From Thermoplasmata archaeon (GTDB lineage: Archaea > Thermoplasmatota > Thermoplasmata > Lutacidiplasmatales > UBA184): a stretch of DNA of 64,000 nucleotides. Under the pieces are notes generated by a model that saw nothing but the letters and a program-made list of their open reading frames with translations, was not told where the DNA came from and did not search any database. The stretch is taken from contig JBGOSQ010000001.1 in assembly GCA_041476045.1 (NCBI GenBank), positions 8,846 to 72,845 on the forward strand. Reading direction: 5' to 3'. The position numbers and the translations under genes are program-made. Below are positions 1 to 9,692 of the stretch, in pieces. The stretch's first letter is position 1, and each line of letters opens with the position of its first letter.

Positions 1-101
1 TTGAGGTCCATCTGGAGCCGCTGCTGGCTCAGGCTGGAGAGATCCTGCTGGAGCTTCTGGAACTGCCGCAGATCGTTCTGGAGCTTCGCCGGGATCGCCA
101 C
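1..101 (-). CDS. pfdB: Prefoldin beta subunit (N-terminal part; runs off window edge)
   Basis: Manual translation from GTG at 101: MAIPAKLQNDLRQFQKLQQDLSSLSQQRLQMDL, a typical prefoldin beta N-terminal coiled coil; directly downstream of Pcc1, a common archaeal gene order. Confidence 0.85.
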   Translation of the reverse strand, partial: MAIPAKLQNDLRQFQKLQQDLSSLSQQRLQMDL

Positions 102-139
102 GTCGGCGCGAGACCGGGCGCGCAAGATAAGCGCTTCGG

Positions 140-409
140 CTACGCGATCGCGGCATCGGCGGCGACCCGCTCCGTCGACGCCGTGAGGTCGATCCAACCG
201 AGGAAAGTATTGAGGCCGGCTCGAAGCGCGCCGGTATCCCGCGTCGTGAGACGAACGAGGAGATGCATCGGGTCCGATCGCTCGAGACGCGCCCGCGCTC
301 TCGGGACTTCGCGGGCCGCTTCGGGGCCGAGGGTCCGGAACAGTCGGTCGATCACGGCGGGGTCCGACGACGCGACGGAGATCGTGGCGGTCCACTCGGA
401 AGCGTTCAC
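140..409 (-). CDS. pcc1: KEOPS complex subunit Pcc1
   Basis: 89 aa ending TTRDTGALRAGLNTFLGWI (Pcc1 D..ALRA..N..L.W motif); GTG start overlaps the purB TGA (GTGA). Confidence 0.8.
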   Translation of the reverse strand: MNASEWTATISVASSDPAVIDRLFRTLGPEAAREVPRARARLERSDPMHLLVRLTTRDTGALRAGLNTFLGWIDLTASTERVAADAAIA

Positions 410-1773
410 GCGCTGAGATCGGCCGCGAGCCGAGCGAGAATGCGGTCGGTCTTCGCCGCCGCGCTCTGGACGTATTGGCCCGGGTCGAGGAGCGATCGGA
501 TCTCTTCCGGTTGCAGCCACTTGCGGATGATCGGATCGCGCGAGGCGCGGTCCGAGAGATCGACGCCCGGCCCGGCGTCTCGGGTGAGGCCGCGGAGGAG
601 CTCGTGGGCCTCGGAACGAGGGAGGCCTCGAGAGGTCAGTGCGAGCATGAGGTTCTCGGTCATCGTGGCGCCACCCGATTCGGCGAGATGGCGCGCCATC
701 GCGTCCGCATCCACCCGGAGGCCCCGGAACACGTCGGTGAGCTTCGCCAGGATATCGTCCGTCAGGACGAGCGCGTGGGGGAGGACGATCCGCTCGTTCG
801 CGCTATTGGCGAGGTCCCGCTCGTGCCACTGGACCATGTTCTCGAGAGGAGGCAGAGCGAAGGCACGGACCAGGCGGGCGAGCGACGCGACGTTCTCCGA
901 GAGCATCGGATTCCGTTTCTGCGCCATCGTAGAACTGCCCACCTGTCGCCCCTCATCGAACGCCTCCGCGACCTCCGCGATCTCCGTTCGTTGAAGGTTC
1001 CGCACCTCCGTCGCGAGCCGTTCGGACGTGCCGGCGATGAGCGCGAGGAGATTGGTGAGCTCCGCGATGCGGTCTCGGCCGACGATCTGGGTCGGGGCCT
1101 CATCGGCCGCGAGCGAGAGACGGCGCATGACGCCCGCCTCCACTTCGGCGGCACGTGCACCGAATCCGGCGCCGGTTCCGATCGCCCCCGCCATCTTGCC
1201 GACGGCGACGCGGGGTCGGAGCTCGTCGAGCCGATGGCGGTGCCGGACGACCTCGGCCGCGCCGACCGCCATCTTGTAACCGAAGCTCATCGGAACGGCG
1301 TGCTGACCGTGCGTGCGCCCGACCTCGGGCGTCGCGCGGTGCCGCTGGGCGAGCTGGATCAGGGCCGTCGCGAGCTGGACCAAGTCGGCCCGGACGACGG
1401 CGAGGGCCTCGACGAGCTCGAGGGCGAGAGCGGTATCGGTGATATCGGCGCTCGTCGCGCCGAAGTGGACCCACGCGCCGGCCTCGCCCGCCTTCTCGGC
1501 AAGAGCGCGAGTGATCGCCATCACGTCGTGCCGGGTGGAACGCTCGATCTCGTCGACGCGGGCGACCGTGACGCTCCCGGAGTGCGCGGCCGCCGTGATC
1601 GCTCGGGCGGCCTCTGGGGGGATCACCCCGAGCTCGGCCTCGCTTTCCGCGAGAGCGGCCTCGACCGCGAGGGCGCGACGCAGCCGCGCCTCGCGGGAGA
1701 AGAGCGCCCGCACCTCGGGCCGGCCGTACCGGAACTCGAGCGGACAGATCAGGCTCGGTTCGTCGTCGACCAC
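406..1773 (-). CDS. purB: Adenylosuccinate lyase
   Basis: HDVMA, HFGATSADI, GRTHGQHA and GSSTMAQKRNP fumarase-family signature. Confidence 0.95.
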   Translation of the reverse strand: MVDDEPSLICPLEFRYGRPEVRALFSREARLRRALAVEAALAESEAELGVIPPEAARAITAAAHSGSVTVARVDEIERSTRHDVMAITRALAEKAGEAGAWVHFGATSADITDTALALELVEALAVVRADLVQLATALIQLAQRHRATPEVGRTHGQHAVPMSFGYKMAVGAAEVVRHRHRLDELRPRVAVGKMAGAIGTGAGFGARAAEVEAGVMRRLSLAADEAPTQIVGRDRIAELTNLLALIAGTSERLATEVRNLQRTEIAEVAEAFDEGRQVGSSTMAQKRNPMLSENVASLARLVRAFALPPLENMVQWHERDLANSANERIVLPHALVLTDDILAKLTDVFRGLRVDADAMARHLAESGGATMTENLMLALTSRGLPRSEAHELLRGLTRDAGPGVDLSDRASRDPIIRKWLQPEEIRSLLDPGQYVQSAAAKTDRILARLAADLSA

Positions 1774-1875
1774 GGCCGGCGACCCGGTGGTGCCTATATA
1801 GACCTGACCCCGGCGGGCGCGCCAAGGACGGGAACCTTATTCCATCGACCCACACGTCCGAGCTACGGAGGTCGT

Positions 1876-2829
1876 GTGCGGATCCTCGTAGCGCTCGGGG
1901 GAAACGCTCTCCAGCGCGCGGGCGGGACCGGTACCTGGGCGGAGGCCACCGCCCAGATGCGCGCGACCGCCCCCGTGCTCGCCGAGCTGGTCCGCGACGG
2001 GCACGAGCTCCTCGTCACGCACGGGAACGGCCCCCAGGTGGGCGCCCTCCTCCGACAGAACGAGCTCGCGGAGCGCGAGGTGCCCCCGCGCCCGATGCAC
2101 GTGCTCGGCGCCGAGACCCAGGGACAGATCGGGTTCCTCATCCAGCAGGAGCTCACGGCGGCCCTCGAGCGCGCGAAGGTGCCGCGCGTCGTGGTCACGC
2201 TGATCAGCCGGATCGAGGTCTCGCCGAAAGATCCGGCGTTCAAGCGTCCGACCAAACCGGTCGGCCGGTACTATGATGAGACCGAGGCGCGCATCCTTCG
2301 GAAACGCGAGGGATGGGAGCTCGTCTTCGATGGGGCGCGCGGAGGATGGCGCCGTGTGGTCGCGTCCCCCAAGCCCGTCCGATGGGTCGAATCGGCGGCC
2401 GTGCGCCAGCTCGTTCGCGCCGGGTGGGGAGATCGGTGGGTGCCGATCATCGCCGGGGGCGGCGGGATCCCGGTCGTGGCGCGTGGGGGCGGGGTCTACG
2501 AAGGCATCGACGCCGTGATCGACAAGGACCTGACGGCAGCGCTCGTCGCGTCGGAGCTGGGCGTCGAGGTCCTGGCGATCGTGACGGACGTCTCCGGTGT
2601 GGCGACCGGATTCGGAAAATCCTGGGAGAAGTGGCTCGGGGATACCACGCCGGGGGAGCTGCGTGAGTGGCTCGCCCGCGGGGAGTTCGGCGAGGGGTCG
2701 ATGGCCCCGAAGGTCTCCGCGGGCCTCTCTTTCCTCGATCACGGCGGACGACGGTTCGTGATCACGGACATCCCCTCGCTCGGCCGTGCGCTCCGGGGCG
2801 AGGCCGGCACTCGGGTCAGTCGGGACTAA
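1876..2829 (+). CDS. arcC: Carbamate kinase
   Basis: VALGGNAL, THGNGPQVG, DPAFKRPTKPVG, GGGGIPV, AVIDKD, GSMAPKV; GGAGG just upstream of GTG 1876. Confidence 0.93.
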   Translation: MRILVALGGNALQRAGGTGTWAEATAQMRATAPVLAELVRDGHELLVTHGNGPQVGALLRQNELAEREVPPRPMHVLGAETQGQIGFLIQQELTAALERAKVPRVVVTLISRIEVSPKDPAFKRPTKPVGRYYDETEARILRKREGWELVFDGARGGWRRVVASPKPVRWVESAAVRQLVRAGWGDRWVPIIAGGGGIPVVARGGGVYEGIDAVIDKDLTAALVASELGVEVLAIVTDVSGVATGFGKSWEKWLGDTTPGELREWLARGEFGEGSMAPKVSAGLSFLDHGGRRFVITDIPSLGRALRGEAGTRVSRD

Positions 2830-2835
2830 CGGGGC

Positions 2836-3621
2836 CTAGGTCGCGCGTCTTGACCCTCGCGTTCCATCCATGCGCCGGGCGAGTCGGTGGACCCCCGAGC
2901 CGTACTGGAGCGCCCGCTTCGGCGCGTCGACGAGGAGGGCGGGTAGTCCGAGGAGGGCAGCAGTTCGCCGCAACGCGATCTTCGGTGGCTCGTCCGCTGC
3001 GGGCGGGTCGGACTCCCGCGCGAGTTCCACGACCCTCGAATCGAGGAAGGGCGAGCGCAGTTCGAGTCCGATCGACCGTGCCATCCTCTCGGCCCGGGGC
3101 CACTCATGCGCCACGAGCATCTCCCAATCGATCCGGGCCCGCTCCCGCGCTGCCACGCTCGGGAGCCCACGAAAGTGGGCGTAGCCATAGAACAGCTCGT
3201 CCGCCCCTTGCCCGACGACCACGCGCGGTCCGTTCGCATGCGCGAGCCCGATCGCGAGGGCGAGGTTCACGCTCCGCAGCGGCTCAGCGAGACCCTCGAG
3301 CTCGACGCCAAAGCGGGCGCGGACGTCCGCGACGCTTGCCACGTCGATTGTCACCTCGGTGAGGGGGAGGCCGAGCAGCGCAGCGCCGGCGCGCGCGGCC
3401 ACCGGGTCCTTCGCGTCCTCGGTACCGATAACGAGCAGGCGGACCGGCAGGACCGGCTTCAGTAGGAACGCAACGAGTGACGAATCCAGGCCGCCCGAGT
3501 AGAGCACCGTGGCGCTGCTCGCGGAGCGAGCGCACTCGGCCACTGCGTCCCGAAGGGCGGTGCCCAGCCGCACCTTCATCCTCTCGAAGTCGCTCCCCTC
3601 CTCTCGAGGAATCCCCGGCAT
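2836..3621 (-). CDS. Asparagine synthase C-terminal (ATP-pyrophosphatase) domain protein, no glutaminase domain
   Basis: SGGLDSS PP-loop, GQGADELFYGY, LRSPFLD, KRALQYGSG; start uncertain. Confidence 0.8.
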   Translation of the reverse strand: MPGIPREEGSDFERMKVRLGTALRDAVAECARSASSATVLYSGGLDSSLVAFLLKPVLPVRLLVIGTEDAKDPVAARAGAALLGLPLTEVTIDVASVADVRARFGVELEGLAEPLRSVNLALAIGLAHANGPRVVVGQGADELFYGYAHFRGLPSVAARERARIDWEMLVAHEWPRAERMARSIGLELRSPFLDSRVVELARESDPPAADEPPKIALRRTAALLGLPALLVDAPKRALQYGSGVHRLARRMDGTRGSRRAT

Positions 3622-3680
3622 GCGGTGCGGACACGGCGTCAACTATTATCCCGTTCCGCGCTCCCCGCGGCGGTTGTCCC

Positions 3681-4277
3681 ATGGTCGAACCGTCCTCGCC
3701 CACCCCGCCCGCCCCGACGCTGAAGGGCGGCCGACGGGCGGTCTACGTCGACCGCGACGGCACGGTCAACCCCGACCTGCGGTATCTCAAGGACGCGGAT
3801 CGGCTCGAGGTCTACAAGGGAGTCGCGGAAGCGGTCCGGCTCCTGCGGTTCCACGGATACCTGGTGGTCTGCATCACGAACCAATCCGGCATCGAGCGCG
3901 GATTCTACTCGGCGGAGGACGTCGAGCGGATCCACCGTCGCGTGAACGAGATCCTCGGAGTGGCGGGCACTTCGATCGATGCGTTCTACTACTGCCCGCA
4001 CGCGCCCGAGACGGGTTGCCGGTGCCGTAAGCCCGGGACCGAGCTGTTCGAGCGGGCGGAGCGGGAGCACGGGATCGCCCGCGCCGGCTCCGCGATCATC
4101 GGCGATCGGAGCCTCGACATCGAGGCGGGCGACCGGCTCGGTCTGTTGACGGCCCTCGTGCCGTCACCGGGACACGACGCCGAGGTCGTGCGCGAGCTCG
4201 CGGAACGGAAGATCCGTCCGGATATCACCGCTCCCACGATGCGCGCCGCGGCCGCGCGGATCCTCGCCATCGGGTAG
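3681..4277 (+). CDS. HAD-IIIA phosphatase, GmhB/histidinol-phosphatase family
   Basis: DRDGTVN, TNQSGI, CPH...CRCRKP zinc site, IGDR..DI. Confidence 0.88.
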   Translation: MVEPSSPTPPAPTLKGGRRAVYVDRDGTVNPDLRYLKDADRLEVYKGVAEAVRLLRFHGYLVVCITNQSGIERGFYSAEDVERIHRRVNEILGVAGTSIDAFYYCPHAPETGCRCRKPGTELFERAEREHGIARAGSAIIGDRSLDIEAGDRLGLLTALVPSPGHDAEVVRELAERKIRPDITAPTMRAAAARILAIG

Positions 4278-4323
4278 CGATCACCTACGGGCAAAGCTTC
4301 TAACTACGGTCTCTCCTCCGACC

Positions 4324-5097
4324 GTGGGGCCGACCGTGGTCCTTCCTATTTTTCTGGCCGCTCTAGGGGTCGGCGTCACCGTTGTGCTCGCAGCAGCGGC
4401 GACGCTGACGCGCGCCCTTACCCCCTGGGCCGGTGCCGTCGCGGCGGCGTTCGGATCGATCGTGGTGGTCGTCGGAGGCTTCCCGTTCCTGGGCCTCATG
4501 GTGCTCTTCGTGATCGCGAGCGTGCTCGCGACGCGCTACGGGTTCGAGGAGAAGCGTCGGGCGAAGGTGCACGAGGGGATCGAGGGCGAACGCGGCGTAT
4601 CGAACGTGCTCGCGCACGTGATCATCCCGACCGGGCTCGTCGTCGTCGCCGCGTCGGCTCCCGCCGCCCTTCCGACCGCGACCCTGGCCCTGCTCTACAC
4701 CGCGGCCCTCGCGTTCGGAGCGTCGGACACCTTCGCGAGCGAGTTCGGGGTCTTGGCGGGACGGGCGCGCAGCATCCTCACGTTGGAGCCGGTGCCCGCC
4801 GGGACCAACGGCGGCGTGTCCGCGATGGGCGAGGTCTGGGCTCTCGTCGGCGCGCTCACGACGGCCCTCCTTGGCCTCGCGCTGTTCCTCGGCTTTTCGA
4901 CCCGTATCCCGTCCGCCGGGGTCCTCCTCGGCGTGGCCACGATGGCAGGATTCCTGGGATGCCAGATCGACAGCATCCTCGGCGAGACCCTCGAGAACCG
5001 GGGTTGGCTCACGAAAGGAACGACGAACCTTCTCGGGATGGGCTCGAGCGTGGCGATCGCCGGCGCCGCGTTCCGATTGCTCGGAGGATCGTGGTGA
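4324..5097 (+). CDS. DUF92/TMEM19 family membrane protein
   Basis: Multi-TM; RGVSNVLA, SDTFASEFG, GTNGGVS, DSILGETLE. Confidence 0.88.
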   Translation: MGPTVVLPIFLAALGVGVTVVLAAAATLTRALTPWAGAVAAAFGSIVVVVGGFPFLGLMVLFVIASVLATRYGFEEKRRAKVHEGIEGERGVSNVLAHVIIPTGLVVVAASAPAALPTATLALLYTAALAFGASDTFASEFGVLAGRARSILTLEPVPAGTNGGVSAMGEVWALVGALTTALLGLALFLGFSTRIPSAGVLLGVATMAGFLGCQIDSILGETLENRGWLTKGTTNLLGMGSSVAIAGAAFRLLGGSW

Positions 5098-5834
5098 CGC
5101 GCGCCCGGGGCAGCGTCGTCCTCCTCTCCGGTGGCATGGATTCGGCGACGTGCCTCGCGATCGCCACCCGGCGCGATCCCCCCGTTCACGCCCTCACCGT
5201 CCTCTACGGTCAGCGCCACGGCCGCGAGGTCCGTAGCGCGCGCGCCCTCGCCGCACGCTACGGGACCGCTTCGCACTCCGTGGTCCGGCTCCCGATCGGA
5301 TCCCTCCTCGCTTCGTCCCTGACGGATCGATCGGCGTCGCTCCCCTCGCGTCAGGGACCTCGCTCGAAGCGGATCCCCAGCACGTACGTCCCCGCCCGGA
5401 ACACGCTCCTGCTCGCCCTCGCCCTCGGCGTGGCAGAGTCACGACGGGCGCGGGCGATCTACCTCGGAGTGAACGCCATCGACTACTCCGGGTATCCGGA
5501 TTGCCGACCGGAGTTCCTTCGGGCGTTCGCCCGGTTGGCGAAGTTGGCGACCCGGGTGGGCGTGGAAGAGAACTGGTCGCCCGAGATCCGGGCTCCTCTG
5601 CTGCGACTCGGCAAGGCCGAGATCGTCCGGATGGGCGAGCGACTCGGCGTCCCGTGGGAGCTCACCTGGAGTTGCTACGCCGGCGGTCGGCGCCCCTGCG
5701 GCCGATGCGACTCGTGCCGGCTGCGCGCGAAGGGCTTCGGGGATGCCCGTGTCGAGGATCCCGCGGTCCGTCGAGCGAGCCGGCGAAAGGGCCCAGCCGC
5801 TCCGGCGCCCCGCGCGTCAGCTTCTTATCGGTAG
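5094..5834 (+). CDS. queC: 7-cyano-7-deazaguanine synthase (preQ0/archaeosine pathway)
   Basis: LSGGMDS, YGQRH, TYVPARN, GYPDCRPEF, TWSCY...CGRCDSC; GTGA overlap with the upstream gene. Confidence 0.95.
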   Translation: MTRARGSVVLLSGGMDSATCLAIATRRDPPVHALTVLYGQRHGREVRSARALAARYGTASHSVVRLPIGSLLASSLTDRSASLPSRQGPRSKRIPSTYVPARNTLLLALALGVAESRRARAIYLGVNAIDYSGYPDCRPEFLRAFARLAKLATRVGVEENWSPEIRAPLLRLGKAEIVRMGERLGVPWELTWSCYAGGRRPCGRCDSCRLRAKGFGDARVEDPAVRRASRRKGPAAPAPRASASYR

Positions 5835-5861
5835 ACTCATCTCGGCGAGTGAGGGAGAGGA

Positions 5862-6284
5862 ATGAGCGTCGCAGCGGACTTCAGGAAGTTCTTGTTTTCG
5901 GGCAGCCTGATCTTGATGGCCGTCGCCTTCGTCGTCGGCTTGGCCATCGTTGGGTTGATCGGCGCCCTCGTTGCCGACATCATCAACCCGCTCATCGGTG
6001 CCGCGGTGCACGTGAATTTCAATGATCTCGGGATCCTCACCCTCAACGGCAGCCCGATTCTCGGTGGGGCGTTCCTCGGATCGCTCATCAACTTCGTCAT
6101 CCTGATGGCCGTTGTCTTCTTCCTGATCGCCTATCCGTACCAGCTCTCGCAGGACCGCAAGGCGGCCCGGACCGCCGCCGCGCCCCCGACCACCCGGGAC
6201 TGTCCCGCATGCTGCAACGCGATCTCCGTGAAGGCCACGCGCTGCGGCTTCTGCACCTCGACGGTGACACCCTCCTTGCCGTAG
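5862..6284 (+). CDS. mscL: Large-conductance mechanosensitive channel with C-terminal zinc ribbon
   Basis: FRKFL..G....MAVAFVVG, LVADIINPLIG, GAFLGSLINFVI; tail CPACC...ATRCGFCT. Confidence 0.85.
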   Translation: MSVAADFRKFLFSGSLILMAVAFVVGLAIVGLIGALVADIINPLIGAAVHVNFNDLGILTLNGSPILGGAFLGSLINFVILMAVVFFLIAYPYQLSQDRKAARTAAAPPTTRDCPACCNAISVKATRCGFCTSTVTPSLP

Positions 6285-6396
6285 CGACGACCGGGCAACC
6301 CCCGCCAACAGCGAGGTCCCCACCCGCGCGGGCACTATGGGCCGGCGAGGGCCGGGAACCGAGGCGCGGAGTCTGAGCCGCTCGGTTGGGGCGCGA

Positions 6397-8214
6397 TCAC
6401 ATGCGCTCGGGAGCGTCGAGTCCGAGCAGGCCCAGCGCGTTCGCGAGGGTGATCCGGCTCGCGGCGACGAGCGCGATCCGGCTCGCCCGTTCGGTTCCCG
6501 CGGTCAACACCGGGGTCGACTCGTAGAACCGGTTGAACTGCTCGGCCAGGTCGTGCGCGTACCCCGCGAGCGTGTGGACATGGGTCGTCCGCGCGACGTA
6601 AGCGACGACGCCGGGCAGGCGGGAAAGCTGCCGGACGAGCGCGCGTTCGTCCGCGGTTCCGAGGAGCGCCGGATCGAACGCGGGTCGTTCGGGAACGCCC
6701 TCGGCCTTGCGGAGAAGGCTCGAGGCACGCGCGTAGGAGTACTGGAGGAACGGACCGCTGCGGCCCTCGAAGGACAGCGCGTCCTCCCACCGGAACTGGA
6801 CGACCTTCTCGGGTGCCACGCGCAGGATGTGATACCGTACCGCCGCGGCGCCCACCGACTGCGCGATCGCGTCCACTTCGGCGTCCGGCAGACCCTCGCG
6901 GCGCGACCGAACCTCGCCCTTGGCCCGCTCGATCGCCTCGTCGAGGAGATCGTCGAGATAGACGACCTTGCCCTGGCGGGTGGACATCCGACCGCCCTCG
7001 GGGACGGTGATGTCCTGGTAGATCACGTACTCCGGGCGCCGAGACTCGCCGATCTCGGCCAGCATCGCCTCGAGCGTCCGTGCATGCAGGTGGTGGTCCT
7101 GGCCCAGGACGTCGATCGCACGGACGAACCGAGCGAACTTCGAGAGATGGTAGGCGATGTCCCGGGTGGGGTAGAGCGTGGTCCCATCCGGCCGGGTCAC
7201 GATGATCCGGGCGTTCTCCTTGGGAAGACCGTAGGAGGAGGTGTCGAGGGCCGAGGCACCGTTCGCCTCGGTCACCGCGTGAGGGGCCTTCCGCAATCGG
7301 TCGACGACACGCTCGACATCGCCGTTGCGCAGGAAGGAGGACTCCCAGACGAACTCGTCGAACCGTATCCCGATCCGTGCGAGCGAGGCCGACATCCCGC
7401 CCAGCACCGCTTCCGCGATCGTGTGGTGGTTCGGGACATCGCCACCGGTCTCGAGTCTCCGGCTGATGTCCTGGACCTCGGTCGCGGCCTCCGGGTGCGT
7501 CTTCAGGTACTTGCTCACCGCGGGGTACGGGCGACCGTAGCGAACGTCGGGCCGCAGCGCTGCCTCCGCCTCCGGCGTAGTTCCCTCGACGGTCGCGGCG
7601 ATCTCCGGCGGCCACGAGTCTCTCGGCTTGGACCAGATCCACGTCACCATCGCGGCCTGTCGGCCCACGTCGTCGACATAGTACTGGGTCGTGACGGCGG
7701 AGCCGGTCGCACGCAGGACGCGCGCGAGGGTGTCACCGATAATCCCGTTCCGTACCCGGCCGACGTGGAACGGACCCGTCGGGTTCGCGCTAGTGTGCTC
7801 GACGCAGACCGGCGTGAGCGGTCCCGTGAGAGTGCCCCACGCTCCGCCCCGAGCGAAGATCGCGCCCAGTGTGGCGGCCGTCAGGGACACCGGATCGGCG
7901 GTGAAGTTCGCAAAGCCGTTGACCGCGCTGCTGCGCACGATGCCTGGGAGGGCGGGAAGGCCCCGGACGAACTCGTCGGCGAACTCCGCCGGCGATCTCC
8001 CGAGCGCCTTCGCCGGTCGGTGAAGGGCGAGCGCGAGGTCGCCGTGCGCGCTGCCCGATCGGTCCAGCTGGGTTCGGATCGATGCGGGGTCCGCCGGAGC
8101 TTTCAGCTCGGCGAGCCGGACCGAGAGCGCGAGCACGAGCGGATCGACGATCGCATCCCAGGGATCGTCGGCGATGGTCGGAGCATCGGGACCGTGCGGC
8201 GTCGATATCGTCAC
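6397..8214 (-). CDS. argS: Arginyl-tRNA synthetase
   Basis: EHTSANPTGPFHVGR (HIGH), RMSTRQG, GPFLQYSYARASS, C-terminal APERM; start approximate. Confidence 0.95.
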   Translation of the reverse strand: MTISTPHGPDAPTIADDPWDAIVDPLVLALSVRLAELKAPADPASIRTQLDRSGSAHGDLALALHRPAKALGRSPAEFADEFVRGLPALPGIVRSSAVNGFANFTADPVSLTAATLGAIFARGGAWGTLTGPLTPVCVEHTSANPTGPFHVGRVRNGIIGDTLARVLRATGSAVTTQYYVDDVGRQAAMVTWIWSKPRDSWPPEIAATVEGTTPEAEAALRPDVRYGRPYPAVSKYLKTHPEAATEVQDISRRLETGGDVPNHHTIAEAVLGGMSASLARIGIRFDEFVWESSFLRNGDVERVVDRLRKAPHAVTEANGASALDTSSYGLPKENARIIVTRPDGTTLYPTRDIAYHLSKFARFVRAIDVLGQDHHLHARTLEAMLAEIGESRRPEYVIYQDITVPEGGRMSTRQGKVVYLDDLLDEAIERAKGEVRSRREGLPDAEVDAIAQSVGAAAVRYHILRVAPEKVVQFRWEDALSFEGRSGPFLQYSYARASSLLRKAEGVPERPAFDPALLGTADERALVRQLSRLPGVVAYVARTTHVHTLAGYAHDLAEQFNRFYESTPVLTAGTERASRIALVAASRITLANALGLLGLDAPERM

Positions 8215-8257
8215 CGAGAGCAATCGTAAAGCGGAACGGCCATCATAACGATTCCTC

Positions 8258-9157
8258 GTGGCCGCCCTTCTTCTCGTCCGGTACGGTGAGCTTGCGCTCA
8301 AGTCACCGCCCGTCCGGCGGGAGTTCGAACGCACGCTGCGCCACAACGTGCTGGAACTGTTCCTCGCGGCGGGCGAGACGTGCCGGCTGCGCTCGGACCA
8401 CGGCCACCTCTACGTCGAGGCCGACGACGCCGCTCGCGCGATCCGGATCATCCGCCGCGTCTTCGGCGTCACCTCGGTGAGCCGCGTCGTCGAGGTCGCG
8501 ACCGATCCCGCGGCGATCCGTGGGGCGACGATCGAGATGGCGGACCCGCTCCTCACGGACGGTCGGTCCTTCGCGGTTCGCGCCCGTCGTACCGGTCAGC
8601 ACCCGTTCACGAGCCAGGAGCTCGCGGCGTCGGTGGGCAGTGATCTGCTCGACCGGTTCGCCGACCGGCATCTCCGAGTGGATCTCGACCATCCCGAGGT
8701 CGAGCTCTTCGTCGAGGTCCGAGACGCGCGGACCTACCTGTACCTCGATCGCGAGGCCGGGCCGGGCGGACTTCCGCTCGGCGTAGCCGGCCGTGTCGCA
8801 GCCCTGGTCGACGGGCCGCGGGGGGCTCTGGGAGCCTACCTCCTGATGAAGCGGGGGTGCAAGTGCGCGGTCGTCCCGACCACGGTCGGGGCAGCACTTG
8901 TCGAGAACGTCCTACGACGGTTCGATCCGAAAGCCCGCGTGGCCGATACCGTCGTCGACCCGGCCGCGGCCGACGGACCGCTCGCGCTCCTCGCCGACGA
9001 GACGCACGCGGACGGAGTCGTCCTTCCGCTTCTTGTCGACGATTACCCGGCGGCCAAGGAGCGCTGGGGGGAACGGGTCGTCTTTTCTCCCACGGTGGGT
9101 CTCACCGACGAGGAGGTGGAGGGGCGATGGCGCGCCGTCGAACGGCTCGCGGCGTAA
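8258..9157 (+). CDS. ThiI-like THUMP-domain protein with degenerate PP-loop
   Basis: VRYGELALKS, RVFGV, THUMP FAVRARRTG, GPGGLPLG; SGGxDS replaced by VDGPRG. Confidence 0.8.
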   Translation: MAALLLVRYGELALKSPPVRREFERTLRHNVLELFLAAGETCRLRSDHGHLYVEADDAARAIRIIRRVFGVTSVSRVVEVATDPAAIRGATIEMADPLLTDGRSFAVRARRTGQHPFTSQELAASVGSDLLDRFADRHLRVDLDHPEVELFVEVRDARTYLYLDREAGPGGLPLGVAGRVAALVDGPRGALGAYLLMKRGCKCAVVPTTVGAALVENVLRRFDPKARVADTVVDPAAADGPLALLADETHADGVVLPLLVDDYPAAKERWGERVVFSPTVGLTDEEVEGRWRAVERLAA

Positions 9158-9504
9158 AGACGGTCGGGCTCAGGCCGTTCGTCGTCGAGGACGTCGCAGC
9201 GGCCGGCCGCAACGCCACGGCCCCCGATCCGTCGGCCCCCTCCGTGAGCCTGGCGGGTCGAGAACTTCTTGATGAACGCGTCCGGGCTTGGAAGGAGGAG
9301 CGTGCCCGGTTCGAACGCTCTCGACGGCCGCGTGCTCCGGTCGCCACCGCACGGGATCCGACGATCGCCGACCGCGAACCGTAACCCGGACCGGGCCGTA
9401 GGGCTCCGAACGGTGGACGGTCGAGGGCCCGCACGACGCCCGCTCCCCTCGGACAAAGACTTAAGAACCGTGCCCGGGTGGGCGCGTCCACCCAGGAGGG
9501 CCCC

Positions 9505-9690
9505 GTGCCGCACTGGTCCGTTACCGGGACATTCTTAGCCCGCCGTTGGGATTGGCAGACGTTCACGAAGAGCTGCGAGGCCCCGTCGGCCGACCAGGCG
9601 CGTGAGTGGGCGCTCTCCGAGATCGGTGGGTGCCACGGGGTCAAACGGACACGGATCCGGATAGGCACCGTGACCGAGGTCCAGGCCTGA
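9505..9690 (+). CDS. rpl18a: 50S ribosomal protein L18Ae/LX
   Basis: 61 aa, FTKSCEA...AREWALSEIGGCHGVKRTRIRI; GGAGG RBS; upstream of pfdA-ftsY. Confidence 0.88.
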   Translation: MPHWSVTGTFLARRWDWQTFTKSCEAPSADQAREWALSEIGGCHGVKRTRIRIGTVTEVQA

Positions 9691-9692
9691 GA

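Noticed and set aside
9160..9384. Small ORF starting at ACG, or SRP RNA, in the gap before rpl18a
   Set aside because: No recognisable protein motif; the minus-strand CCGCCAGGC resembles SRP helix 8 but lacks the GGAA/AGCA pattern; too weak to call
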